From contig BAAFSQ010000194.1 in assembly GCA_054661495.1 (NCBI GenBank), forward strand, positions 1 to 18,449: a stretch of DNA of 18,449 bases. The letters are read 5' to 3'. Below are positions 1 through 9,821 of this stretch, one piece after another. Position 1 is the first letter of the stretch, and every line of letters begins with the position of its first letter. The stretch comes from Zygophlyctis sp. KS116 (Eukaryota > Fungi > Chytridiomycota). The position numbers and the translations under genes were made by a program. Under the pieces are notes generated by a model. The model was not told the DNA's origin and made no database searches. It saw only the letters and a list, made by a program, of their open reading frames with translations.

Positions 1-1
1 G

Positions 2-187
2 CCACACTTTGAACAGATTTTAGCAGAGAGCATCTGCCAAGAAAAACGGTATCATTCGGTGCCTTATCTATACTACTTGTGTGTCATACTCTACAGGATA
101 ACATTAATTTAGCAAAGAATGCAAGTGACAAGGGAGACGCAAGATGCGTTTCAAAAACGAATCAATAGAATTCAATTGGAACCTTGA
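2..187 (+). CDS. Possible 3' end of an upstream gene (partial, unidentified)
   Basis: Frame 2..82 (PHFEQILAESICQEKRYHSVPYLYYLC), a putative 30-nt GT-AG intron at 83..112, then 113..187 (QRMQVTRETQDAFQKRINRIQLEP*), followed by AATAAA at 205. No family recognised. Confidence 0.35.
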
Positions 188-320
188 GCAAAACAAATGC
201 AGAGAATAAAGTTTTAATTAATAATCAAAAGCATTAGTTCTTATTTGAAATTGACGATGCATTGCCGTTGATGTTTCATTGTGGCGCTCTTTTTTTCACT
301 TAAAATCATTCTTTCAACCA

Positions 321-2546
321 ATGGACCAAATTGAAACTGAAATCAACAAACTGAACTCTAAACTTGATGCTATTGAAGAGCTATTGGATAAGGACTATGA
401 AGAATGGACTCCAAAGGAAAAGCAAAAGTTTGGAAACCATGAGCAGCTCAGAGAAGAGGAGATCATAAAGAGGGACGAGCAGCTCAGAGAACTTCAGATT
501 TTGACGGAGAGAGAAAAGCAACAACTCCAAGGTATTGTTTCCCAAATAACAACAGGAACCGCTATGGATATTGATATCCGTCCTTTTGATTCTGCTATAT
601 ATCAATCCAAACAAAATCACTATTTCCCCTTTTTTGATCCTAATATTGAAGTTTACCTGAAGCATTTTGGTGAAAATGCTCTTTTGGGCAGAGACAATGT
701 TATCCAGCAAGTAAATAGGATAATATCAAAGAGGGGAGTAGAGAAGTTTCAACCAATTATTTGCAGTACTAGTAGAGGAATGGGTAAGACTACGCTTATG
801 GAGGCTATAGGGATGCAGCTTGTTAAAGAGAATTTGAAAAATAATTTGATTATTGATGCTCTTCAATATGGTCGCATTCTCTCTTTTGATTTTGCCGGTG
901 CTGCTGCAAGAACTGCTGTGAATACTGAAGAAGAAATTGGAACATTCTTTACTCGCTTGATGATTTACTTTTTATGCCGTATGTTTGATGAAACTCAAGT
1001 GGATGGAATTCACTTTGAAAAAATCAGTCAATTTGCGAATATTACTACCACTATTGGAAATCAACTTAAGTTTAAAATGTGGTTAAAGAAAGCGTTAAAA
1101 CTGAATGCAGATGATATGATGTACGAGTACATTCGCCTCACGAATATCGCTTTTGGAGTCAACTGCATGTCTCCACCGGTATTCTTGCTTGACGAAATTC
1201 AAGGATTATTGAAACCAACTACAATCCAGTCAAAGTACAAGGATGGTCATGTTATATATCATTCGTTTTTGTCGTTTTTGCTACTTCAGTTGGCTGGATT
1301 GCACAAGCCAGTTTGCATTTGTACTGGCACAAATAGAGGAAATATCATGTCTATCATAGAAAAATCGAAAATCGTCCCTCAGGTTGTGTCTTTGTCTACT
1401 CTGCACAAGGAGGAAGATTACAAAGCCTTCTGGAAACAAAGAACAGAGTATAAGAATGTTATTGGGAGCCAAAGCGTAATAATGACAGATCAAGATGAAG
1501 AAATGTTTAATTCTCTCGTGTATGCTTCATATAAGATTCCAAGGCTATTACTTTTAGCTCATTTAGCATGGTTTGATCACAAAACTAATTCATATCTTAC
1601 AGACCGAATAGCTCCGCTTCAAGATTATGAAAATGTCGCAATCCAGTTCTATCCAGAAATTGCAGAACTCCTCTACAATCCTCAATTCACTGGTAATGAT
1701 ATTCCTCACATTTTATTATGTTGTGGGGCTCATTGGGAAGTTCGTGACATCAATTCTTGTGTTCCTGGTACGACTATTTTATGGACCCAACTGATTTCTA
1801 TGTCTATCATATTTCCTTATTCGGATAACTGCTATATCATACCTTTTAGGCTAATGTGGGCAGCCAAGACTCCTACCAATCATCAAATGGGCGATTATAC
1901 GAAAACAAGAGCTGGAATTGTGGACAGTTGCAAATCATTAATTCCTAATTTGGATATCAATAACCTGTTCTTATCCTACGATAAACTCAGGCAGCTCGAT
2001 TTGTATAATCTTGGGATGTGTTATGAATCACTGTTTGCTTCTAGTTTGGCTGTAAAATACTATCTCTATAAATTGGAGCATCCCAATCAACAATTATTTT
2101 CAATTTCAAACATTTACAATGTTTCAAAGCAAGATGTAAAAACAGTGGAAACTTTATCCGATATATATGTTGATTTCTCTTTAGGGATGATCTTACCTGA
2201 AAAAGAGGCATTTGTGAATCAAGAGTTACCTTTAGCTGTCATTCACAACTGTAAAACTCACAATGCTCATCACGACATTATATTACCTTCAAATAAGGGT
2301 AATATTGCTGTTTCAAGCAAGGCGTCTTTTAATCTTTCAAGTGACAAGACAATACAAAGCCAACTAAAAAAGTCAAAGACTAACGATGAGTCTGTTAGTC
2401 TATTGATGTGGTTATATTTGGGAACCCATCAGAGAGAAGAACAGTATAATAATGTTGTATTTATAAATGGCAATGGCTGTTGCAATGGATTAACTTTGGA
2501 TATGTTTATTCTAATTAAAAAGTTGATTTCTCAGAATAATAGATAA
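321..2546 (+). CDS. Crinkler/CR-type effector-like protein: helical/coiled-coil header + P-loop NTPase + C-terminal PD-(D/E)xK REase-like domain; intronless, 741 aa
   Basis: First ATG is 321; the track start at 279 is TTG. Header has a repeated EQLRE. Walker A TSRGMGKT (768-791), Walker B VFLLDE (1179-1196), sensor-like ICTGT, and a GxP-like KIPRLL (1533). C-terminal GMCYESLFASSL ... NAHHDIIL ... IAVSSK resembles a CR-REase core. Confidence 0.75.
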   Translation: MDQIETEINKLNSKLDAIEELLDKDYEEWTPKEKQKFGNHEQLREEEIIKRDEQLRELQILTEREKQQLQGIVSQITTGTAMDIDIRPFDSAIYQSKQNHYFPFFDPNIEVYLKHFGENALLGRDNVIQQVNRIISKRGVEKFQPIICSTSRGMGKTTLMEAIGMQLVKENLKNNLIIDALQYGRILSFDFAGAAARTAVNTEEEIGTFFTRLMIYFLCRMFDETQVDGIHFEKISQFANITTTIGNQLKFKMWLKKALKLNADDMMYEYIRLTNIAFGVNCMSPPVFLLDEIQGLLKPTTIQSKYKDGHVIYHSFLSFLLLQLAGLHKPVCICTGTNRGNIMSIIEKSKIVPQVVSLSTLHKEEDYKAFWKQRTEYKNVIGSQSVIMTDQDEEMFNSLVYASYKIPRLLLLAHLAWFDHKTNSYLTDRIAPLQDYENVAIQFYPEIAELLYNPQFTGNDIPHILLCCGAHWEVRDINSCVPGTTILWTQLISMSIIFPYSDNCYIIPFRLMWAAKTPTNHQMGDYTKTRAGIVDSCKSLIPNLDINNLFLSYDKLRQLDLYNLGMCYESLFASSLAVKYYLYKLEHPNQQLFSISNIYNVSKQDVKTVETLSDIYVDFSLGMILPEKEAFVNQELPLAVIHNCKTHNAHHDIILPSNKGNIAVSSKASFNLSSDKTIQSQLKKSKTNDESVSLLMWLYLGTHQREEQYNNVVFINGNGCCNGLTLDMFILIKKLISQNNR
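441..491 (+). repeat. Exact 15-nt direct repeat GAGCAGCTCAGAGAA (441-455, 477-491) encoding EQLRE twice in the effector header
   Basis: Read directly; copies are 36 nt apart. Confidence 0.9.
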
Positions 2547-2649
2547 TAAAGTACTACAAGTAGCCAAACCACTGGGATTTTTACCAAGTGAATGGTCCAC
2601 AATACATCAAGGTCTCTTGCCACCTGAACCTGTTAAATTTCACTTTTCA

Positions 2650-3264
2650 ATGGGATTTTTCATTGTAAGAAAATATTGTTTTTACAGCCTTAGAAACAGT
2701 TGAATCATTCAATCTTACTACATCCACAATTCTTTTCCCCATTTTTGAAGAAATCGCTGGAATCAAGACTACATGAGGAAGTTGAAGGAACTTGCGCTGG
2801 ACGATTTGGATATATCATCGCTGTTGTTGCAATCACATCTATGGGAAGAGGATTGCTGCAACCAGGAACAGGATTAGCACAATTTGATATTGAATATTCA
2901 GCGGTCGTTTTCAAACCTTTTAAAAATGAAGTTGTTGATGGAATAGTTTCAGCGGTTAATAAGATTGGTTTCTGGGCTGATGTAGGCCCACTACAAGTTT
3001 TTGTATCACAGCATCTCATACCACATTTTCTTAAATTTGATGCTAATTCAAATCCACCTGCATATGTTGCAGAAGGAGATGGAGTAATCTAATTTTATTT
3101 AAATTATAGGGAATGGATCATGTAAGGATAGAAAAAGGAGAAATGGTTAGAATACGGATTGTCGGGACTCGTGTAGATGCAAAAGAAATTGTAAATTGTT
3201 GTAATCTAAAAAAAAGTTTGCGATTGGATCTATTAAAGAAGATTATTTAGGACCTACGTTGTAG
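2650..3264 (+). CDS. RPB7: RNA polymerase II subunit RPB7 (177 aa); introns 2665-2693, 3084-3109, 3191-3216
   Basis: Spliced product MGFFI|KQLNHSILLHPQFF...EVEGTCAGRFGYII...VFKPFKNEVVDG...GPLQVFVSQHLIP...RIRIVGTRVDAKEI|FAIGSIKEDYLGPTL* matches Rpb7 from end to end. Confidence 0.97.
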
Positions 3265-3286
3265 AAATAATAGATTTTAATAAAAT

Positions 3287-3881
3287 ATGTCTGCTTTTAA
3301 AGAAGAAGAAAATGAAATTGTAATGCCAGATGCATTTGGTTTAACTGGAACCAATAAATCACGTCGGGAGCGGTCGGATTTTGTAGACTCTAAGCTGGTA
3401 AGAGTAGAAATTATAATGCATTAGTCGGATGGACAAAAGAAGAAGAATTGGGATGGTGATAATGATGATGACTCCATTAAACTACAAGACAAACCCAAAA
3501 TTAATAAACTTGTGGAAGGGGATGACGATGGTAATTTAGAATTTCTATTAATGGGTAGATATTCCAATTATTCCAGATCTAGAACAAGTCCAGGAAGAAG
3601 AAATGGCGATTACTGTTGCGCAACCTCCGCAATTGCAATTAAATAATATTCAGACGATTGCAGAAATAGAAGCTGATTTGGCCGATACAATGGGTGTGGG
3701 TGGATTAGTACTTTTTGGATAATTTAAATATTAGATCACTACTTATGGTGGTATAGATATGTCATTATTAGCAAAAGAGGCATTAGTTCCATTGTCAATT
3801 ATTGAAGAAAAAGATGAAATTTGGGAATGGGACAGTCTATTCGCATCATTGAAATCGGACTTAAAAAAGAATATTTCCTAA
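3287..3881 (+). CDS. IFT43: Intraflagellar transport protein 43 (IFT-A subunit, 170 aa); introns 3398-3424, 3531-3558, 3708-3734
   Basis: Absent from the ORF track. Spliced product contains DIPIIPDLEQVQEEEMAITVAQPP, IDMSLL and EEKDEIWEWDSLF, the conserved IFT43 motifs. Confidence 0.9.
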
Positions 3882-3891
3882 TTTTATTATT

Positions 3892-6050
3892 ATGACTGTA
3901 CCAAAGATGATCTTATGGAATCATGAATGGAATCCAGAGTCCATAGATGCTAGGTAGAGTTTAAAGGCTAAAGATAGAATGCATCTATTGGAAATATTGA
4001 GTTTAAGTCAACATTTTTATACGGCAAAAAAAGCGTTTGAATTAATTTCATCTAGTATTCGTAATCATTATCAGTTTTAAAACTAGAATATTTTGTAGAT
4101 TGCCATGCTGAATCTCTACAAGATGGAATATTGGCCTTTTCGCGCCGATTTAATTCGGACTTTGACTCTTTGAAAGAGGCACTAGATATAATACAACTCA
4201 CAATTACAAAAATAGGCATGGTCAAATAACAAAATGTTAATTTTTAGGATTAAATGATCAAAATGGGATCATATTAGGAATCTTGGCTAATCAATTTCTT
4301 TCCAGAAAAGATATTACCAATCATGCCTACTTTTTCAATATTTTTAATGGAATGGATATCATGTCAAATGAGAATTTTCAGAATTCTTTTCTTGATTCTG
4401 GTTCTGGTTTGATTGCATTGGTACGACAGGTGGATGGACTAAAGATCTCAAATCCGAATTTTGGAATAATTTTGGATTTTTTGATCAATGCCTGCAAGAC
4501 TAGTAATATTCATTTTTATAAATTAATAGAGACTGGAAAGGATACATTCCTGAGAAATGCTCATGGACTTCAAATCGTGTTTCGATGGTTAAGTTTTACG
4601 CTCAAAGATGAACTGCTTTTCAAAGTTTTAAAGTTTTTGGATCATCTAATTCCCAGAATACCATCAAAACTCTTTTATAAATATCAAGGGCTAAGAAGTC
4701 TTCTTGGAATGCCAATGTGTAGTAATAATTTCATGATTACAGAAAAGATTTTACAAATTTTAATCAAATTGTCTGAAAGAGATCAAGAACTCTTTAAAAA
4801 TATCATGATGAAGGATGGAAATCATCAACAGATTATGAATGTAATTCATAGAATCAAGAATAAATCAGATCATTCAGATATTTACCATAGCATTCAACAA
4901 AAGTTGAAAATTATACTGGAAATCATTGAAAAGCCAAAGGAAAGAAAACCTGAATTCTCTGCATCTAAAGAGCCGCCTCTGATTATACCTGAAAAATCAA
5001 AAGAATTGGTACAATCGCTCCCTGATCCTGTTCCAGACATAAAGGAAGAAAATGATACCAAAGAGGAAATCATCCAATCAAAAAGAAGATCTACTATAAA
5101 AGCAAATAATAGGAGCTCACAAATTGTAGTGGAAAATGAAGTCTCTCGTCCAATTCAGTCAGCACTGCAAAATCAACAGGCAGTTAAAAGAAGAAGCACG
5201 GTTCCCCGCAAATATAGTGACTCAATTCAAGTCGAGAAAGCGGTTAAGATTCCTACTGATACAGGGAACTCTGAAAGCTTATCATTACCGGCACAACGTC
5301 GTAGATCATCTCGGCGTAGAACTTTAAATACGGATCAAAAGAATAAGTTCTTTCTACCAAAAGTTGAACCAGAGGCATCTGAAAAAGAGAATATTGAGCA
5401 AATTCTTGAAAAATTGAAGGACGATGATTGTAGTAGAAACGCAGCAACGTTATATTTACTGCATAAAGATTTATCTACAGATATATACACCAGAGAGGAA
5501 TATTATTGGCTAGCATCGGGGCTTCTGAATCACTTACAAAATGAGTCTGGTATGGTCCAAAATTTTACTAACTAATTAAAGAGACTGTATGTATTTTGGC
5601 GAGTAAGTGTTTGGCCAGGATCTGTGAAATAGGTTATTCTTCATGTTGCTAAATCTTAGAATCAGCAAAAGATTTTTTAATGCGAGCAGATATTCTAAGA
5701 TACATTCCAGATATGTTAAAAGATGTCAACTTGAGCATTGTATTATCGGGCTTAACGATGCTGGTGCAATTATCAAGCAACGGTTTTTTCAAATATTTCT
5801 AAATCTTTTAGATCAGGTCATAGATCTATTATGTCAGCCTGATATAATATATTTACTGCAGGAGATGAATATAACTTCCAATAATTCAATTAGAATCAGT
5901 ATAAGAAGATTGCTAGACATTGTCCGGACGAGTAGGATCAATTTCATTAAAGCGATAGAAAAGGTAGATAGTCTGGGAGTTAATGCTTGGGAAGCCCTGT
6001 TTTTGCAATGGTATCCAATGTGGGAGAGCAATCAGGCACAATGCATATAA
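3892..6050 (+). CDS. Uncharacterised protein (~662 aa): helical ARM/HEAT-like N- and C-terminal regions around a basic, Ser-rich disordered linker; introns 3954-3977, 4061-4086, 4216-4247 (GC-AG?), 5550-5581, 5633-5659, 5783-5811
   Basis: Six 24-32-nt introns join ORFs 4283-5575 and 5812-6050 in one frame. Intron 5550-5581 contains TACTAAC. ETVCILASKCLARICE...NLSIVLSGLTMLVQLSSN looks like ARM-type amphipathic helices. The 5' exons are less certain. Confidence 0.7.
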
Positions 6051-6113
6051 CATGTAATATTCCGCAATCAGCCGGAAATATTTGAAAATTCGTCATTCAG
6101 TTTATCTTTTAAT

Positions 6114-8984
6114 ATGGCTGAATTAGAAGTTGTTAATTCTTTGAACGGGATCTCTCGATCATCGACTGTGTTTACTTCTGAGGGCTTTTCTACATCATCA
6201 TCGAATCATTTAGAGCAGAATTTTGAGGGCGAGTCCAGCTCCAATTTTCCAGAAGAAGAAAGGCCAAATATGAAATCAGAATCATCCTTAGCTAATGAAT
6301 CTATTGCTGTTCTAGAAAATCACGAAACTAGCTTTATTGATCAGCAGAAACTAAAGAAGGCTCAACTGCATGCAACTCTGACCGATAAGTCAAAAACTCC
6401 AGAATCATATCAATCGAACTCTGCCAAAGAAGATCTGGTTCTATCGTTTGCTGAAAACTTTAATCGACAATATACGCAATTGTATCCAGGCCGTAAAGAG
6501 CTATTGTTGTGCCCCCCTAATGAAATGGGAATTAAGGTAACATAAAATATTTCTCATGATAGAAATTTATATCTAATACAATCAGGCCAACACAATCACC
6601 ATTCAAGGAGTTATATGATTATAGATCTTGCGCAAAGTTTGTGTCAAGTTTCTTGAATTACGAGCCTTTAGAACCACCACACGATCTGGTAATTTCATTT
6701 ATTTTGAAAGAACTAGCCAAAAATCATACCGTCGCCAACTTATACTCTGAAAATGCAATCCGGGAATTCCTTTGATCTATCAATTGTTTTGGCATCTTTT
6801 CTAACAGGTGCGGGTTATGATGCATATGTAGTATCTGGATATGCGGAAAGGGCAGTGACAGTAATGGATCGTGCTAAGAATGAAAACTTTGAGGTTTCAG
6901 CTATAATCCCAAAACCAGCAGCGGTGATTGATTTGGAGCTTGAAGCCGCAGTTAAAAATGTTTCAACGAATTTAATTTCAAAATATAAAGTTAAACCAAC
7001 AAGGCAGCTAAAAAGCCAATTTCTGATAAAGCAGGAAGCTAGAGCTCGTGATAAAAAAGATACTTTTACCAAACACATTGTTGACGACAAGGTTTGTCTA
7101 AATTGTATTGAATTTGTAGGTTGGCGAGGAAGAGACTGAAGACGACCTCAAAGGATTGCGTATACATGCATGGGTACTTATTCTTCCCGGACGAAGAGAA
7201 ATTTCAGAACCATTCTTTATCGGTAACATTTTTAACCTTATTTTTAGAATCATCGACAGGGGATATATACCCAGTAGACCATGAATACTATTCTGGTGTC
7301 GAAAGTGTATTTAGTTCATCAAATTTTTGGGTTAATATGCAAGTTTGTTTTGATGGGCTAAAAGGAATTTCATTTGATTTAGCGGATCATTCAAAATGGG
7401 AATTCGTTTTCTTGGGAAATAATAAGCCACGTGGAATAAGAGCATCATTCGATCCGGAAAAGGCTGATGCGGATGTGGGATCTGATGATGAGGACAATCA
7501 GGAATCAGACGTTTTAGATTTACCACCATCATGGGTAGAAAAATTGAATCTCAGCAAAGAACAATTTGAATCTAAATGCCCCTCTGGAAGCAAAACTTAC
7601 TGCTATAAAAACGTAAAATGCGAGATCTTTGCAGAATATTTTCGTCCAGATGGAATGGTTCTACGAGTTACAGAGCTACTAGGACCCGATGCAGGGAAAG
7701 TAACAGAATACTTTGAAAATCGAAAGGACAGACTCCGAGAAAGACGAAGATTAGACAATGACCATTTCATTTATGAATTTTTTCTTCCTGGAAAACTCCA
7801 TGGCCTTAAACAACACATTATGGAAGGAAGAAATACAAAAGAAATGCATTTTTATCCTAATGCGCGCTCTGATGGACTTTATCTCAGGACTGAAATTTCA
7901 AACAAGGTAAAGTACATTTTTAAAGAAGAAGATTATTGAAAAATTTGTAGACAGAGAAGATAAACTATTTTATAGAAGTATCAGATTTGAACCTTTTGAA
8001 CAAACTGATAATATTCTAGATGGTGGAATCACTGATCATCTTATCAAGGTAACAGAAAAATACGAAGCGAATGGTGACAATATTAAGCCAACTGACGCTT
8101 ATAAAAAGACATATTTTGTCAAAGATGAAAGGGTAATTTTATTTCAAATAAAGATAATAGATTAAAATAGTATATCAATGCCAATCTGGGTCAATAATTC
8201 CATCTTTTAGAGAATTTAAAAAGCATATTGCTGATCAAAAAGGAATCAACATTGATGTTCTACATGAATTTTCAGTAATAATCTAATCTTTTTTTAATAG
8301 TTAGAATAATCCATTCTCAAAATCATCAAAAAAACAACATTTATATATGGAATTATCAGACCTTCAAAAATCTGAATCTGCCTGCTTACAATCTATAAAA
8401 TTAGCTGAAAAAGAAATCAAGACTATTTTATCTACTAGATCTCAAGAAGAATCAGATATTTCTCTTACTATTTCAGTTTATGACACTATAAGAAACAATT
8501 CTAAATTGCCTTCAGACTCTGATTATTCTAATATTAAGGAAGTCGAAGAGTCCAAAAACTCTGAACTGGACTATTTATCACCATTTTTAATTAATTATGT
8601 ATTTTAAACCACTAAAATCTAGGAAAATCCAGATAATTTGAGCCGAGAAGATTCAATTGCAATCAAGGATGCATGTCTAAAATCATTAAAAGAGCGATTA
8701 ATTGAAAAAGCGAACATAATTCAAACCAAACTTGATGAAATCACTTCTGAATATCAACAAAAACAAATTTCTTATTCAAAAAATGCCGACTCTTTATCAC
8801 CAGAAGAGACTGATGACTATGTCAACTTTTGTTCAGCTGCATTATTTAAAATTCATGTTTTAGAAAAACGATTAGCAACTGTAAATATTTTTTATATTAA
8901 TTTTTTTAGCATAAAGAGAATGCACCTGAAAAATACATTGAATTAGATTCCAAACTACGATCAGATCCTCGACTTCATTTGTGA
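6114..8984 (+). CDS. DRC7: Dynein regulatory complex subunit 7 (CCDC135/FAP50; ~875 aa); introns 6537-6562, 6689-6716, 7092-7119, 7223-7247, 7907-7931, 8133-8160, 8275-8304, 8599-8622, 8881-8909
   Basis: Motifs YPGRKELLLCPPNEMG|KFISNTIRPT, PSPTYTLKMQSGNSFDLSIVLASFLTGAGYDAYVVSGYA, LRIHAWVLILPG, ESVFSSSNFWVNMQ, LDLPPSWV, DYLSPF and LFKIHVLEKRLATHKENAPEKYIELDSKLRSDPRL. Confidence 0.93.
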
Positions 8985-9102
8985 TTAGAGTAGTAAATAG
9001 CCTCTAGAGTTCAATGAACTTGCACTAGAGTCGAGTTAAAGGAATTTTATTTCCCTTTAAAACGAATAAGAAAATTTTGAATTTTTCGTTTTCAGCCAAA
9101 GA

Positions 9103-9647
9103 ATGTCTCTAGTAAATATCAACTCTGTCTGTATTCTCAACAACCCGAGCCCATTTAAATCTCCATTCTCCTTTGAAATTACATTTGAAGTTATAGCACC
9201 TCTTGAATTTGATTTGGAATTCAAAGTTATTTATGTTGGATCTGCAGACTCTGAGTCACATGACCAAGTCCTCGAAAGTGTTTTAGTTGGGCCTGTTCCT
9301 GTTGGAACTTCTAAATTTATTCTGGAATCACCATGTGCAAACATTTCTTTACTACCGGAAAATGATATTTTAGGAGTGACTGTTGTTTTATTAACTTGTT
9401 CATACATGTCAAAGGAGTTTGTTCGCGTCGGGTATTATGTGAATAATGAATATACTGATGAAGAATTAAAGGAAAATCCTCCCGCTCAACCAGATTTTGA
9501 CAAGTTGACAAGATCAATACTTGCAGATAAGCCAAGAGTAATTACTTTTTATTTAAAATATAGGTGACAAGATTTGTAATTCCTTGGGAGAAACCAAGTC
9601 CGGCCGCTGGTATTTCTGTACCATTGTCTCAGGAAATGATGATTTAG
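9103..9647 (+). CDS. ASF1: Histone chaperone ASF1 (172 aa); intron 9538-9563
   Basis: NNPSPF, IYVGSADSESHDQVLESVLVGPVPVG, LGVTVVLLTCSY, EFVRVGYYVNNEY, KPR|VTRFVIPW. Confidence 0.98.
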
Positions 9648-9656
9648 TCTTTTGAT

Positions 9657-9821
9657 CTAATCTTTTAAGAGAAATTTAATCTTTTCCAGTGTTGATTGAA
9701 TCCTTTGGATGAGTTTAATAGAGTTTTTATTTCTAGATGAGAAGAGATCATCAAGATCTGATCTGAGTAGAGTAAAGCACTTTAGAGTATTCTCCTTGAT
9801 TGAATCAATTGTAGGATCCAT
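9657..9821 (-). CDS. Candidate 54-aa helical microprotein
   Basis: MDPTIDSIKENTLKCFTLLRSDLDDLFSSRNKNSIKLIQRIQSTLEKIKFLLKD*. It fills the gap after ASF1 (9-nt convergent spacer), has A at -3, and carries an upstream CGGCCCTA motif also found upstream of RPB12. Confidence 0.5.
   Translation of the reverse strand: MDPTIDSIKENTLKCFTLLRSDLDDLFSSRNKNSIKLIQRIQSTLEKIKFLLKD

Noticed and set aside
279-320. ORF-track N-terminal extension MWRSFF... (also the track starts at 2700, 4283, 11424 and 11625)
   Set aside because: These are non-ATG starts from a prokaryote-style caller. Eukaryotic ATG starts and exons fit homologues better.
6056-6081. Imperfect inverted repeat ATATTCCG...CGGAAATAT upstream of DRC7; RFX X-box search
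   Set aside because: The repeat is short and imperfect, and no X-box consensus was seen before DRC7 or IFT43. It cannot be supported as a regulatory site.
6114-8984. Pseudogene or frameshift interpretation of the split DRC7 (and other) ORFs
   Set aside because: Each break is resolved by a 24-32-nt intron, giving full-length conserved proteins.
8986-9031. Three TAGAGT copies and a small AGTTCA/TGAACT hairpin between DRC7 and ASF1
   Set aside because: Too short to distinguish from chance in AT-rich DNA.
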